Assembly (NCBI GenBank): GCA_045613785.1
Contig: JAZLBQ010000021.1
Location: forward strand, 1 to 40,594
Origin: Candidatus Enterousia sp.
GTDB taxonomy: Bacteria; Pseudomonadota; Alphaproteobacteria; Rs-D84
Direction: 5' to 3'
Length of the DNA: 40,594 nucleotides
Position 1 is the stretch's first letter. Every line of letters starts with the position of its first letter. The position numbers and the translations under genes were made by a program. The notes beneath the pieces were generated by a model. It had not been told where the DNA came from, made no database searches, and worked only from the letters and a program-made list of their open reading frames with translations. Positions 9,423-18,216 of the stretch are shown one piece after another.

Positions 9423-9792
9423 TATTTACACCTTCTATTATATAATACGCAAATCTACCTGCGTTTTTTACCTTTTTGCCGATTTTTTCTGAAATTATTT
9501 TCATTTGGCGTTTGTCGGTCTTGATATACACGCCACCTAATCGTGTTGCAAGGTGCTGAATTACGCCAATAACCGACTTTATGTTCTTCCGAGCCGACCA
9601 ACCACTGACAAAATGCCCAGCGACCCCGTCCGACTCGTCCCAATAGACGGCAAAGCCTGCGATTATGTTGCCATTGTCGTCATACTGAACGAATTTTGTC
9701 GCATTGAGATAGTCGTGCCACGGTTCGCCCAGGTTTTGTTCCCACAGGCGAATTATCTCTGGCGTTGCTGTTTCAATGCATTGTATGTTCAT
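9415..9792 (-). CDS. Putative GNAT-like virion assembly protein (T7 gp13-like position)
   Basis: 125-aa alpha/beta ORF (DDNGNIIAGFAVY) between the tail and ejection genes; function inferred mainly from synteny. Confidence 0.4.
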   Translation of the reverse strand: MNIQCIETATPEIIRLWEQNLGEPWHDYLNATKFVQYDDNGNIIAGFAVYWDESDGVAGHFVSGWSARKNIKSVIGVIQHLATRLGGVYIKTDKRQMKIISEKIGKKVKNAGRFAYYIIEGVNNE

Positions 9793-9795
9793 TGA

Positions 9796-10974
9796 CTACC
9801 CCAACTTGAAAACTCTTATATACCCAAATGTTTCTTTGTTTAATGTGTCGCCGTCCGTTGCGTTGCCACCATTGCCATTGGTCTTTGGCTGACCCGCACC
9901 AGCACCACCGCCTGCACCGCCTTGTGCCCAACCAGCAGAACTAAAATTCGCAGCACCACCGGCACCAGCAGAAACAGTATAAGTTTCCCCGTCTATAACA
10001 ACGGTTGTTGAACCGCCGCCGCCACCACCCCAACTATCGCTTTCTGGGGTTGAACTATGTGCTCGCCTACCATTTACACCGCTTTGTGCTCCACGACCAG
10101 CAATATATTCAACGCCTGAAACCCCACCACTTTCTCCAACTATACCAGATATGGTTTTGCCAGATGCGTTAGTGATTTCTATTGTTCTAACAGCACCCTT
10201 TCCACCAGACATAAAACTATCGTTCCCGTCTGTAAAACCTGTGCCACCACCATTCGCTCCATTGCCACCAGCAATTTCTATGGCAACGACTTTCGCCGTG
10301 CTTGGTATTGTGAACGAATATGCACCATATATTTTTTTCTCAAACAGATTATTTGTTCTGCTGTTGATATATATTTTTATGTAGCCGTTATCTGTCGGAT
10401 TTATTTGGTCGCCAGTAGCGTTTCCACCATTCGTAACCGCCCTTTCGTTGATAACAAGACCAGCCGCACCGCCTTTTGTGCCACCACCTTTTCCGCCTAC
10501 TGAATGATACCAGCCACCAGTATAGTCATTCAAAGTTGCACCGCCACCGCCTGACGCTTCATACAGAGTTCCATCTATAACAACGCCAGTGCTACCGCCG
10601 CCACCACCGCCGTAAGAAGAAGTTCCGCTAGGTGTGCTATGTGTTCCATTACCACCATTTGTATATCCTGTGCCACCAATGCCCGTGCTAGATGTTGCAG
10701 TAGCCCCGATTTTTCCAGTGATTGTTTTGCCTGCCAAAGAACCAATAATATCGCCTAAAACAGTTATAAGTTCCCCACGACCACCAGCACCTAACGATAC
10801 GTCCCACATATACGCCTTACCACCATTGCCACCAGCAATTTCAATTCTAACGTGACGAGCATTAGCAGGTATTGTATAAGAGAAATCCCCAGCGGTTGTT
10901 TTAGAAAAGACAAGTTCTTCTGGTGCTAAATAAGGGTTATATGTCTGACTTCTAAAAAAAGAGTTTAACAGCAT
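9796..10974 (-). CDS. Glycine-rich virion protein with two tandem polyglycine-type domains
   Basis: Two copies of the pattern YT/FTIP..IEIAGGNG..GGxG..GGGGGST.VVIDG..GYI. Confidence 0.8.
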   Translation of the reverse strand: MLLNSFFRSQTYNPYLAPEELVFSKTTAGDFSYTIPANARHVRIEIAGGNGGKAYMWDVSLGAGGRGELITVLGDIIGSLAGKTITGKIGATATSSTGIGGTGYTNGGNGTHSTPSGTSSYGGGGGGSTGVVIDGTLYEASGGGGATLNDYTGGWYHSVGGKGGGTKGGAAGLVINERAVTNGGNATGDQINPTDNGYIKIYINSRTNNLFEKKIYGAYSFTIPSTAKVVAIEIAGGNGANGGGTGFTDGNDSFMSGGKGAVRTIEITNASGKTISGIVGESGGVSGVEYIAGRGAQSGVNGRRAHSSTPESDSWGGGGGGSTTVVIDGETYTVSAGAGGAANFSSAGWAQGGAGGGAGAGQPKTNGNGGNATDGDTLNKETFGYIRVFKLG

Positions 10975-10983
10975 AATTTTCTC

Positions 10984-11442
10984 CTACTGGGTTAAATTAT
11001 AATACCATTTGTTGTCTAGTTTATTATACACATACAATACACTATATGGCAACGTTGTGTCTATTTCTTCGTTGTTCAACAAGTGGAAAGATGTCCCTAA
11101 CGACAGAGAGTATAGTCCGCCAGCAACAATTAAAACTATTGTGTGAGAATATTGGTCAGCGCTAACTGTTGGCAACTGTATGCTACTGTTTTCTGTCAAA
11201 GTCAAAAATGTTGTAGTATTATCAGCCAAAGCAATAACGCCACCCGTGGTTTTTATGTCGGGTGTGTTTTGATTAAACTTTGTTATAACATCTTGGGTTA
11301 AATTTGTGCCATCTTTTAACAATGCTTCATTGGACAGCCGCAACAAAGCACTTTCATTGGCATTAGCCACGTCTTGAACTTCTACAAAGTTTTCATTTAT
11401 TTTTAATGCGTTTATGCCCTTGCCTGCTTCAAATGTGTGCAT
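10984..11442 (-). CDS. Tail-associated structural protein
   Basis: N-terminal HTFEAG..INENF anchor-like motif. Confidence 0.6.
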   Translation of the reverse strand: MHTFEAGKGINALKINENFVEVQDVANANESALLRLSNEALLKDGTNLTQDVITKFNQNTPDIKTTGGVIALADNTTTFLTLTENSSIQLPTVSADQYSHTIVLIVAGGLYSLSLGTSFHLLNNEEIDTTLPYSVLYVYNKLDNKWYYNLTQ

Positions 11443-11443
11443 T

Positions 11444-11926
11444 TTATTCTCCTGTCCAAATTAGTTTAACCTGTGCCTGCCCGGCAGTTTCATATATCAT
11501 AATATAATATATTCCCGCAGGAAACACCATATCTTCGCCATAGGTTATATTTGTATCGCCACTATACAAAATACTAAATGGCAATAAACTTCTATCATCT
11601 GTTGTTCTGATAACAACCCTTGCTTCTGCGTTCAGTCCTGTGGGTATCTGTATCGCCAAATCTTCGCCGTCCGCCAATGCTTTGTAATATTCGCACTCTG
11701 GCTGAACAATAACCGTGCTACCAGCAATCGCAAACGAGTTCGGTTTTTTACGAACCGCATTGAACAACTGGGTTAAATCATCATCAGGAAACGCAACGGA
11801 CACTTCGGCATCTTCAATCGCCTGAACGCAGTCGGCATTGCTGTTCGCCAGTGCCTTGAAATTGGCGTTCCACTCGTCTGCCACGACATAAGTTCCAACA
11901 GTAAAAGTGTATAATTGGTTTATCAT
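11444..11926 (-). CDS. Tail-associated structural protein
   Basis: N-terminal YTFTVGT..ADEWNANF anchor-like motif, similar to the next gene. Confidence 0.6.
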   Translation of the reverse strand: MINQLYTFTVGTYVVADEWNANFKALANSNADCVQAIEDAEVSVAFPDDDLTQLFNAVRKKPNSFAIAGSTVIVQPECEYYKALADGEDLAIQIPTGLNAEARVVIRTTDDRSLLPFSILYSGDTNITYGEDMVFPAGIYYIMIYETAGQAQVKLIWTGE

Positions 11927-11934
11927 TGTCGCCC

Positions 11935-13587
11935 CTAATAGTCGTTCATTTCATCAGTTATAAACGTTTGTTTGCTTTCAATTCCCGATATATTAAATTC
12001 CATATTCGGGGTTGTGGTGTAAATCTCAATTTGCAGATAACGCCAGTATGGTGGGCGGTCTATCGTCACTAACAAGTCATTGCCTGTAATCGCAAAGAAT
12101 ACACGACCCGACACATCTTCATCATCTTCTACAAAGAAACTGCCTTCGTATGGTTCGTCTGTTTCGCTGTATTTCGCCAGGTTGACATACCCAGCACGAG
12201 TAATACGAGCATTGTAAATCTCTTTGCGGTCTGTTGTGAAACGCACAAAGAAATCGTTATTCGTCTGTGGCTCTAATATAACCGCCAGTGGGTAAATATG
12301 GCTCTTGACTGACGACTGCGAATCCAACCATATCAAATTGGTCTGGTAATATGAATAATAGCCGTCTTCTGTCGGCAACTGTGTGCTGTTCGCCTGACGT
12401 GTTTCTGTAATCTGCTTTATAGCGGTTGTGCCATCGCAGAACAGTTCCTTATTCAGGAACTCAACCACACGGGCGTTCTTTGTAAATTGTTCGCTTGTCC
12501 ACTCGGCAATATCAACATCATATACCAACGACTGACCGCTTTCCTTTGTCAGACGAACACGGCGGTTGTGCGAGTTTATAGACACATTTTCAACATCTTG
12601 CAGATAGTCCTGAATATCGTTTCCAATCGGGCTGTCCACGCCAATCGTGCCGTCAATATTGTTGGTCAAGATAAACGCATTTTTCGCATAACTATCAACA
12701 TACGCACAATGACCGTTCATAACGAATACGGCATTGCCGAACACGCCCTTGGCAGTCAATGGTTGAACTACGATGTCGTTTTGAGATGTGCCACGAACAT
12801 TGTAAGAACGATTGCGACAGAACACCGTCAATCCGTTGTATTCTACCAACTTGTTTGCATATTCGCCTGTTTCTACGAAGAACGCACTTGTTTCGGTTGC
12901 TTCTGTTGCATAAGATGGGGCAAAGTTCAGGGGTTGTCCCGCTTCACTATACCATACGCCGTTTATAAACTCTGTTCCTGTTTCTTCATATCGTGTGCCA
13001 CCATTTATCGCCAATCTTGCACCATAAGGCTTGACTTGCGTAATATCGCCAACAGGTTTCTGTGTGCTACTTTCTTCAACAACGACCCAATTTGACTTCC
13101 ACAACGAACCTTCTGTTATCGGTGTCCAACCTTCAACATCGTCAGACGAATACATCAAATAGCCCAACGAATTATTGCCAAACGCAACCACCACAATCAG
13201 TCTATCGCCGAATTGGGTCATACAAACATCGGTCACGTCTTCTGCCGATGGAAAAGTCGCAATCTTTACAGGTTCTACCAAAATACCGCTGTCGTCTTCA
13301 ACCAACCACGCATTTATTGTTTCGCCACTTGTGAACGCAATCAACTGATTTGGGTAGCGATAACCTGACATATTCGCCGAGAACAGGCGTATTATTGGTT
13401 CGTCAAGGGTTGCATATTCATTAAACCACCCCGAACTACGAATTGACCGCTGTTGACCCGACTTTTCTTTTGACAGCGACACATTTAAGATTTTGTCCGC
13501 CCCCAATTCTTCCGCAGAGTTTATCGTATTCAACTTGCGAATACCCTTAAAGGACTTCCATAAAAGATTTGCTTTATTAGTTGCCAC
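11935..13587 (-). CDS. Tail nozzle / head-closure protein (P22 gp10 / T7 gp12-like)
   Basis: 550-aa beta-rich protein with an FKGI..N start, VWYSEAGQP and SLVYDVDIAEW; follows portal and adaptor. Confidence 0.7.
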   Translation of the reverse strand: MATNKANLLWKSFKGIRKLNTINSAEELGADKILNVSLSKEKSGQQRSIRSSGWFNEYATLDEPIIRLFSANMSGYRYPNQLIAFTSGETINAWLVEDDSGILVEPVKIATFPSAEDVTDVCMTQFGDRLIVVVAFGNNSLGYLMYSSDDVEGWTPITEGSLWKSNWVVVEESSTQKPVGDITQVKPYGARLAINGGTRYEETGTEFINGVWYSEAGQPLNFAPSYATEATETSAFFVETGEYANKLVEYNGLTVFCRNRSYNVRGTSQNDIVVQPLTAKGVFGNAVFVMNGHCAYVDSYAKNAFILTNNIDGTIGVDSPIGNDIQDYLQDVENVSINSHNRRVRLTKESGQSLVYDVDIAEWTSEQFTKNARVVEFLNKELFCDGTTAIKQITETRQANSTQLPTEDGYYSYYQTNLIWLDSQSSVKSHIYPLAVILEPQTNNDFFVRFTTDRKEIYNARITRAGYVNLAKYSETDEPYEGSFFVEDDEDVSGRVFFAITGNDLLVTIDRPPYWRYLQIEIYTTTPNMEFNISGIESKQTFITDEMNDY

Positions 13588-13693
13588 GTTTCACAACCTT
13601 TTTGTATTTCTTGCCATTGCGTTCAACTTCAACCACCGCAGTGCCTGTCTGCTTTCTCTTGAACGGATTAAAGAACGGTGTCACGTCAATCAT
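13577..13693 (-). CDS. Small basic protein (38 aa)
   Basis: MIDVTPFFNPFKRKQTG..; TAATG-coupled to the upstream gene and overlaps the nozzle start. Confidence 0.5.
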   Translation of the reverse strand: MIDVTPFFNPFKRKQTGTAVVEVERNGKKYKKVVKRGN

Positions 13694-14031
13694 TACTGTT
13701 TCTTTATTGTATCTTTAATAACCTGTCGTTGTGCCATCAGCGTCTGCAATTCATCAGGATAACCATCGTATGCCTTGCAAATAGCGTCAATCATATCGCC
13801 CAGAGATGGGTATAACTTTTCACGTTCAGCACGATAGTCGTATGGCGGATTAAAGTGGCGTTTTTCAATGTGGTCTTTATGTTCAACGAACTCAACTTGT
13901 TCGCCTTCGCCAGTTTCAATCAGCGGTTTCCAACCGTCTTTAACCAAGCGGTCAAGGTCTTTGTTATAGCCAACAATCCCTTTCCATACTTTTGGCGGTG
14001 TTATCAACTTGCCGTTTTCTAACTTATACAT
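13693..14031 (-). CDS. Hypothetical structural-module protein
   Basis: Start at MYKLENGKL with GGAG RBS; C-terminal YRAEREKLYPSLGDMIDAI resembles tail-chaperone motifs. Confidence 0.6.
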   Translation of the reverse strand: MYKLENGKLITPPKVWKGIVGYNKDLDRLVKDGWKPLIETGEGEQVEFVEHKDHIEKRHFNPPYDYRAEREKLYPSLGDMIDAICKAYDGYPDELQTLMAQRQVIKDTIKKQ

Positions 14032-14032
14032 A

Positions 14033-14719
14033 TTATATCTCCGTTCTTTCGCTATACAGCGGTGTTTTCGCAAACGACATCAAGCCGTTGTATGCTTCCA
14101 ACCATTCCTGCTGTTGGGCAGGGAATACTGTTGTCTGTGCGCCTTCGTTTAAGAATACACGAGTTTTTAACACAACGCAACGAGCATATGCGTCATAAAT
14201 GTATTCAGGAACGTTCAGGAATTGCTTTTTTGCGTCTTCGTCCAGTGTAAAGCGTTTCAATAAATCGCCGTCTGTGCGGTCGCCTAAACACGCAATATGC
14301 CTATCGTGGTATTGCATAATAGTCGTGGAGATTTCATCGCAATCTGCTGATACTGCTGGTGCGATTTGGATTTCTTCTGTGTCCCACTTATGCGACCACT
14401 GACTTGGGCAACCTTTTTCGGCTGTCAGTTCTGAAACATAGGTCAACGCACACTTTGCACTTGTCAAACCTTTTTTATAAAGCATACCGTGAACAATACC
14501 GTATGGCATAGGGTAAGTGTCTTGCCCAAGGTCGTTGATGTATTCTTCTTCCTTAAAGTTCCATTTCCAGTTATGCAGGTCACGCATAAATTCGCACGCC
14601 TGATTAAAAGCAATCAACACCGACTTGGACGTGTTATTTAAGTCAACAACCTGCCGATTGTCTATAATGGCACGCTGATTTAACACTTCTTCTATCAACT
14701 CAAAATAACTCTTTCGCAT
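14033..14719 (-). CDS. Head-tail adaptor (tail tubular protein A-like)
   Basis: ELIEEVL..AFNQA..HNWKW..GQDTYPMP pattern of podovirus adaptors; directly after the portal. Confidence 0.7.
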   Translation of the reverse strand: MRKSYFELIEEVLNQRAIIDNRQVVDLNNTSKSVLIAFNQACEFMRDLHNWKWNFKEEEYINDLGQDTYPMPYGIVHGMLYKKGLTSAKCALTYVSELTAEKGCPSQWSHKWDTEEIQIAPAVSADCDEISTTIMQYHDRHIACLGDRTDGDLLKRFTLDEDAKKQFLNVPEYIYDAYARCVVLKTRVFLNEGAQTTVFPAQQQEWLEAYNGLMSFAKTPLYSERTEI

Positions 14720-14729
14720 TTCGCCGTCC

Positions 14730-16601
14730 TTAATCTGCGGTTGTGCCTACTCTGTTTTTAACCTGTGTCTGTGGGGTCACAGAACGGACTGGAACAACCA
14801 TTTGTCCTTGACCGTTAGGAACAATTACATCTGCTGGCAAACCGCCTGTGGTTTCCCAAGTTTCACGCAACTGTTTTTTATACTGTTCGTCCTGCAATTG
14901 GCTCATAAGTTTGCTGGCTTTAATATTGTTGTTTTCTTCAACCTGCAACTGCTGACCCATTTGGAACAACTGCTGTAATACGCTGTCGGACAGACCTGCC
15001 AAGTTCTGCAATATAGTCTGTGAACGACCGTCGTTCAGGTATTCCGCAGGATTTACACCCATACTTTCCATTGCCTTGCGTGCTGTATCTTCTAACTTTA
15101 CCATAGATGGGTCATTAGCACCGACTTCTTTCAGCAAGCCAACGATGTTCTGCATTTGTATCTGTTCGTTTGCATATTCCCAACCAGTCTTGATGATGTT
15201 TTCATCAAATTCCTGACCTTCAAAGATTTGAACGCAATCTTTCAGATACTTGGACACAATGTGCAACATAATACCCGAAATAATCATATTCGGTATCAGG
15301 TTTTCACTCTGTGCGATGCGTTTAACTTCTTCTTCTGTCAACGCTTCTGATTTTACAGACAACTGACCGCTGTCAATACCACCGATTTCTTTCTGCAACT
15401 GCTTTGTCGCTTCTTGGAACAATGTCAACGGTTGTGCATTAAACTGAATTGGAATAATTGCAGTAGGGTCTTTCATACCAGGCGTGTATAAAATGTGCTT
15501 ACCTGGTTCAATCGTTGTGACTTCTTCTTCAAAGAACCCATCTGGTGCGTATTTTGGCGGATTTTTCTGCAACTGTATAAAGTCAATACTGTCGTTGAAC
15601 GTCTTTTCTTCCGCCTGGCACAAGTCCAAAATATAGAACAATGGCGACACACCACGAGAACCGCTACCAATTGCGTGATAAGGGAAGTAATAAATACCAG
15701 GTGTGTATATGCCCTTTGGCTTGAAATACGCTAAGTATTCACGACCAATAACGACCGCAACATAATTTTCATAGTATCTTCCGTCAATAACGAAATTGCC
15801 ATAGAAATTCAGCACTTCAATCTGGTTCTGGCGATAAATAGTATCTGCGTCCGCACCGTCTTGTTCTTTTTCATTTGGTGACTGGTCGTCTGACATAATT
15901 AGGTCTAATTCTTCACGACTGATTTCGTATTCTTTGTTAGACAGGATTTCCTGCTTTGTTTTCCACTCTTTGACGATTTTATCGCAACTATCAAATTCTT
16001 TTGTGCCTGGTGTGACCAATGGGTCATAGGCAAAGTTCGCAGGATTTATACGAACAAAGTTGATTTCTTCGCCTGTCTTTTCACGAACAACGAACGAATT
16101 TTCTTTTACCGACACAATCATAGACGGGTCGTCAATCTCATTTATCGCACTAATCGGCAAAACGGTCTTTTTATATGTGTTCTTTAATTCGGCACTGGCG
16201 ACAATTTCCCCATATTCCAGCATATCTTTCAATGCGACCATCAGGGTTTTCTTGTTCTCAACGCTAAAAGCACGGTTATAAACCGCATCATAACGTTCCT
16301 TGCCCATTTTCATATAGGACGAAATCTTATCATAAAACGTTTCGTGCAACAGCCCATATAACTTGCTGTAATATTCATAAACACGATTCAACTCAATCTT
16401 TGAGTGCCAATCTTTTTTATCTGCCTTACAAACTCTTGGTTTCGCACGTGTGGAAACAATCTTGTGATTTTTCTGCAACCCTTTAATAGGTTCTGCCCAC
16501 GCTTCCCACTTAGCAACGATACTTTCAACAACCCTGTCTTTGTTTTCTTTGGACAAGGTTTTGGCTACTACCTGATTGTCAATGTAATTGTATATTATCA
16601 T
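14730..16601 (-). CDS. Portal protein
   Basis: 623 aa with RINPANFAYDP, GSRGVS and NDSIDFIQLQKNPP motifs typical of P22/SU10-type portals. Confidence 0.8.
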   Translation of the reverse strand: MIIYNYIDNQVVAKTLSKENKDRVVESIVAKWEAWAEPIKGLQKNHKIVSTRAKPRVCKADKKDWHSKIELNRVYEYYSKLYGLLHETFYDKISSYMKMGKERYDAVYNRAFSVENKKTLMVALKDMLEYGEIVASAELKNTYKKTVLPISAINEIDDPSMIVSVKENSFVVREKTGEEINFVRINPANFAYDPLVTPGTKEFDSCDKIVKEWKTKQEILSNKEYEISREELDLIMSDDQSPNEKEQDGADADTIYRQNQIEVLNFYGNFVIDGRYYENYVAVVIGREYLAYFKPKGIYTPGIYYFPYHAIGSGSRGVSPLFYILDLCQAEEKTFNDSIDFIQLQKNPPKYAPDGFFEEEVTTIEPGKHILYTPGMKDPTAIIPIQFNAQPLTLFQEATKQLQKEIGGIDSGQLSVKSEALTEEEVKRIAQSENLIPNMIISGIMLHIVSKYLKDCVQIFEGQEFDENIIKTGWEYANEQIQMQNIVGLLKEVGANDPSMVKLEDTARKAMESMGVNPAEYLNDGRSQTILQNLAGLSDSVLQQLFQMGQQLQVEENNNIKASKLMSQLQDEQYKKQLRETWETTGGLPADVIVPNGQGQMVVPVRSVTPQTQVKNRVGTTAD

Positions 16602-16620
16602 AATATTTCGCTTTTATTTC

Positions 16621-16656
16621 GGCAGGGGGAGAGAAAGGACTAAATTTCCCCCTGCC
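16621..16656 (-). terminator. Strong stem-loop after the major capsid gene (attenuator or mRNA stabiliser)
   Basis: GGCAGGGGGA/TCCCCCTGCC 10-bp stem; no U-tract on the minus strand. Confidence 0.55.
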
Positions 16657-16663
16657 ATTAAAG

Positions 16664-17602
16664 TTAGGCTACTTTTACACGAACCTTAACCAATGCTTTT
16701 GGCTGTGTGACCAATACGCCTGCTGCATACAGAGTTGACCACAACATACGGAACTTGTCTTCCGCTGGCATCATACGAGTTGTCACTGTCTTGATAGCAT
16801 AGTGAGTTGCTTCTTTGACACCTGCGAATACGTTCACATAACCGCCCGCTGTTGGCAAGTTGGAAGATTCCAATACCATCAAGCCTGCGATTGTTCCACG
16901 AACTGTTCCCGCTTTCCACATTGCGTTCTTGTCTGTGAAATCAACCTTTACGAATGCAGGTTCTTTCAAGATATAACGCATTGTTGCTGGGTTAACAACA
17001 ACGTATGGAACACCTTTCATACCTTTGTCGCCGAACAAGTCAGAAGGGTTAGCCAATGTGATAGCACCTTCTTCTTTCAATTTTGCTGAAATCTGCAACA
17101 ACAGGTCATACATATCTCCGTCGCCTGCTGCGGTTGCGTCAAATTCAGCCAATGTGTTGCCTGCCGCTGCGATGATAGCGTCCATAATCATTGTGTCTAA
17201 CTGACGTGCAATTTTATGTTTTGCACCTTCAATGATTTCTGCCTGGAAGTTAACATCAGAGAATTTCAAAGCATAATCTTCGAAACCAACTGCTGCATAT
17301 GGAGATTCTGTCAGTTGCAAAGTATGTTTGTTAACTTTTGCATCTGCATATACGATTGAACCTTCCTGTCCTGCTACGTCAGCGTCTTCGCTACGTGTGT
17401 AGTATTCGCCAACGTTGATTGCTGTATCATCTACAATACGCAAGTGCAGAGAATCAGCATTTGCTGCCAATTCGCTAGAATGGTCAACACCAATGTGACG
17501 GAACACACCAGTGACACGCAAGTTTTTCAGCAACACCTTTGACCATTTTTCCGCAACGGCATTATAAGGTGATACCCCTAATTGAAAAGCATTTTGAGAC
17601 AT
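16664..17602 (-). CDS. Major capsid protein (HK97 fold, P22 coat / N4-gp56-like)
   Basis: 312 aa; AEKWSKVLL, ARQLD, YVVVNP and GTIAGLMVLESSNLP motifs; strong RBS. Confidence 0.85.
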   Translation of the reverse strand: MSQNAFQLGVSPYNAVAEKWSKVLLKNLRVTGVFRHIGVDHSSELAANADSLHLRIVDDTAINVGEYYTRSEDADVAGQEGSIVYADAKVNKHTLQLTESPYAAVGFEDYALKFSDVNFQAEIIEGAKHKIARQLDTMIMDAIIAAAGNTLAEFDATAAGDGDMYDLLLQISAKLKEEGAITLANPSDLFGDKGMKGVPYVVVNPATMRYILKEPAFVKVDFTDKNAMWKAGTVRGTIAGLMVLESSNLPTAGGYVNVFAGVKEATHYAIKTVTTRMMPAEDKFRMLWSTLYAAGVLVTQPKALVKVRVKVA

Positions 17603-17654
17603 AATATTTTCCTTATTTTTTGCTTTTGTTTGTTTATAATGCTTCGGAAATCAA

Positions 17655-17705
17655 AATTATCCACTCGTTCTCGGGTCTGTGACCAGATTGTCCAATACTA
17701 GGGTC
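17655..17705 (-). promoter_or_regulatory. Tandem GACCC-N-GGAYAAT element in the capsid leader
   Basis: Minus strand GACCCTAGTATTGGACAATC and GACCCGAGAACGAGTGGATAATT. Confidence 0.45.
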
Positions 17706-17774
17706 GGGTTTTAACCTTCCTTACTATATAATACGCAAATCCAACCCAACTTTTTGGCAAAAAACGCATTTTTT

Positions 17775-18095
17775 TTACTTTTTTATGTAAAATTTAGCAA
17801 AAAACACGCCCAAAACGACCAAAAGTATGGTTAAAATGCGATTATAGCGTAATTGCACATTGTTTATTTCAGTTTCGCAGACCGCCTGTGCGACCTTGTT
17901 CTCGGCACGCAGGCTTTCTATCTGGGCGACCACCGCTTCGGTCTTACACTCTTTCGGCAGGGTCTTTTCTAACGATGTTATCTGCTCTTCAATGGACAGG
18001 GCAACGGTTTCTACTGGTGTCTTGGCACACCCTGCTAATGACATCACGCAGAACAACCCCATAAGTATTAAAATCGCATAGCAAAGTTTCTTCAT
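17775..18095 (-). CDS. Lipoprotein with C-terminal TM helix, unimolecular spanin candidate
   Basis: MKK-hydrophobic-LAGC lipobox, helical middle and ILTILLVVLGVFFAKF C-terminal TM segment. Confidence 0.65.
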   Translation of the reverse strand: MKKLCYAILILMGLFCVMSLAGCAKTPVETVALSIEEQITSLEKTLPKECKTEAVVAQIESLRAENKVAQAVCETEINNVQLRYNRILTILLVVLGVFFAKFYIKK

Positions 18096-18111
18096 CGGCA
18101 CGCCTTTTGTC

Positions 18112-18141
18112 TTGACTTTTTTTGTAGGTTTATGGCACAAT
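18112..18141 (+). promoter_or_regulatory. Antisense sigma70-like promoter
   Basis: TTGACT-N18-CACAAT with a TG extension, inside the minus-strand late operon. Confidence 0.45.
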
Positions 18142-18146
18142 TAAAT

Positions 18147-18216
18147 CAGAAAAAATATTGGTTTCATTTTTTCTCCTTTACCCCTGACTAGTCATCGGGT
18201 CAGGGGGTTTTTATTT
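18147..18216 (+). ncRNA. Candidate ~70-nt small RNA with an anti-SD/anti-AUG tract
   Basis: Promoter upstream; contains TTTCATTTTTTCTCCTTT; ends in a CCCCTGAC/GTCAGGGG hairpin plus T-tract on the + strand. Confidence 0.45.

Noticed and set aside
12487-13095. 202-aa plus-strand ORF and similar antisense ORFs across the structural arm
   Set aside because: These are shadow frames of long minus-strand structural genes.
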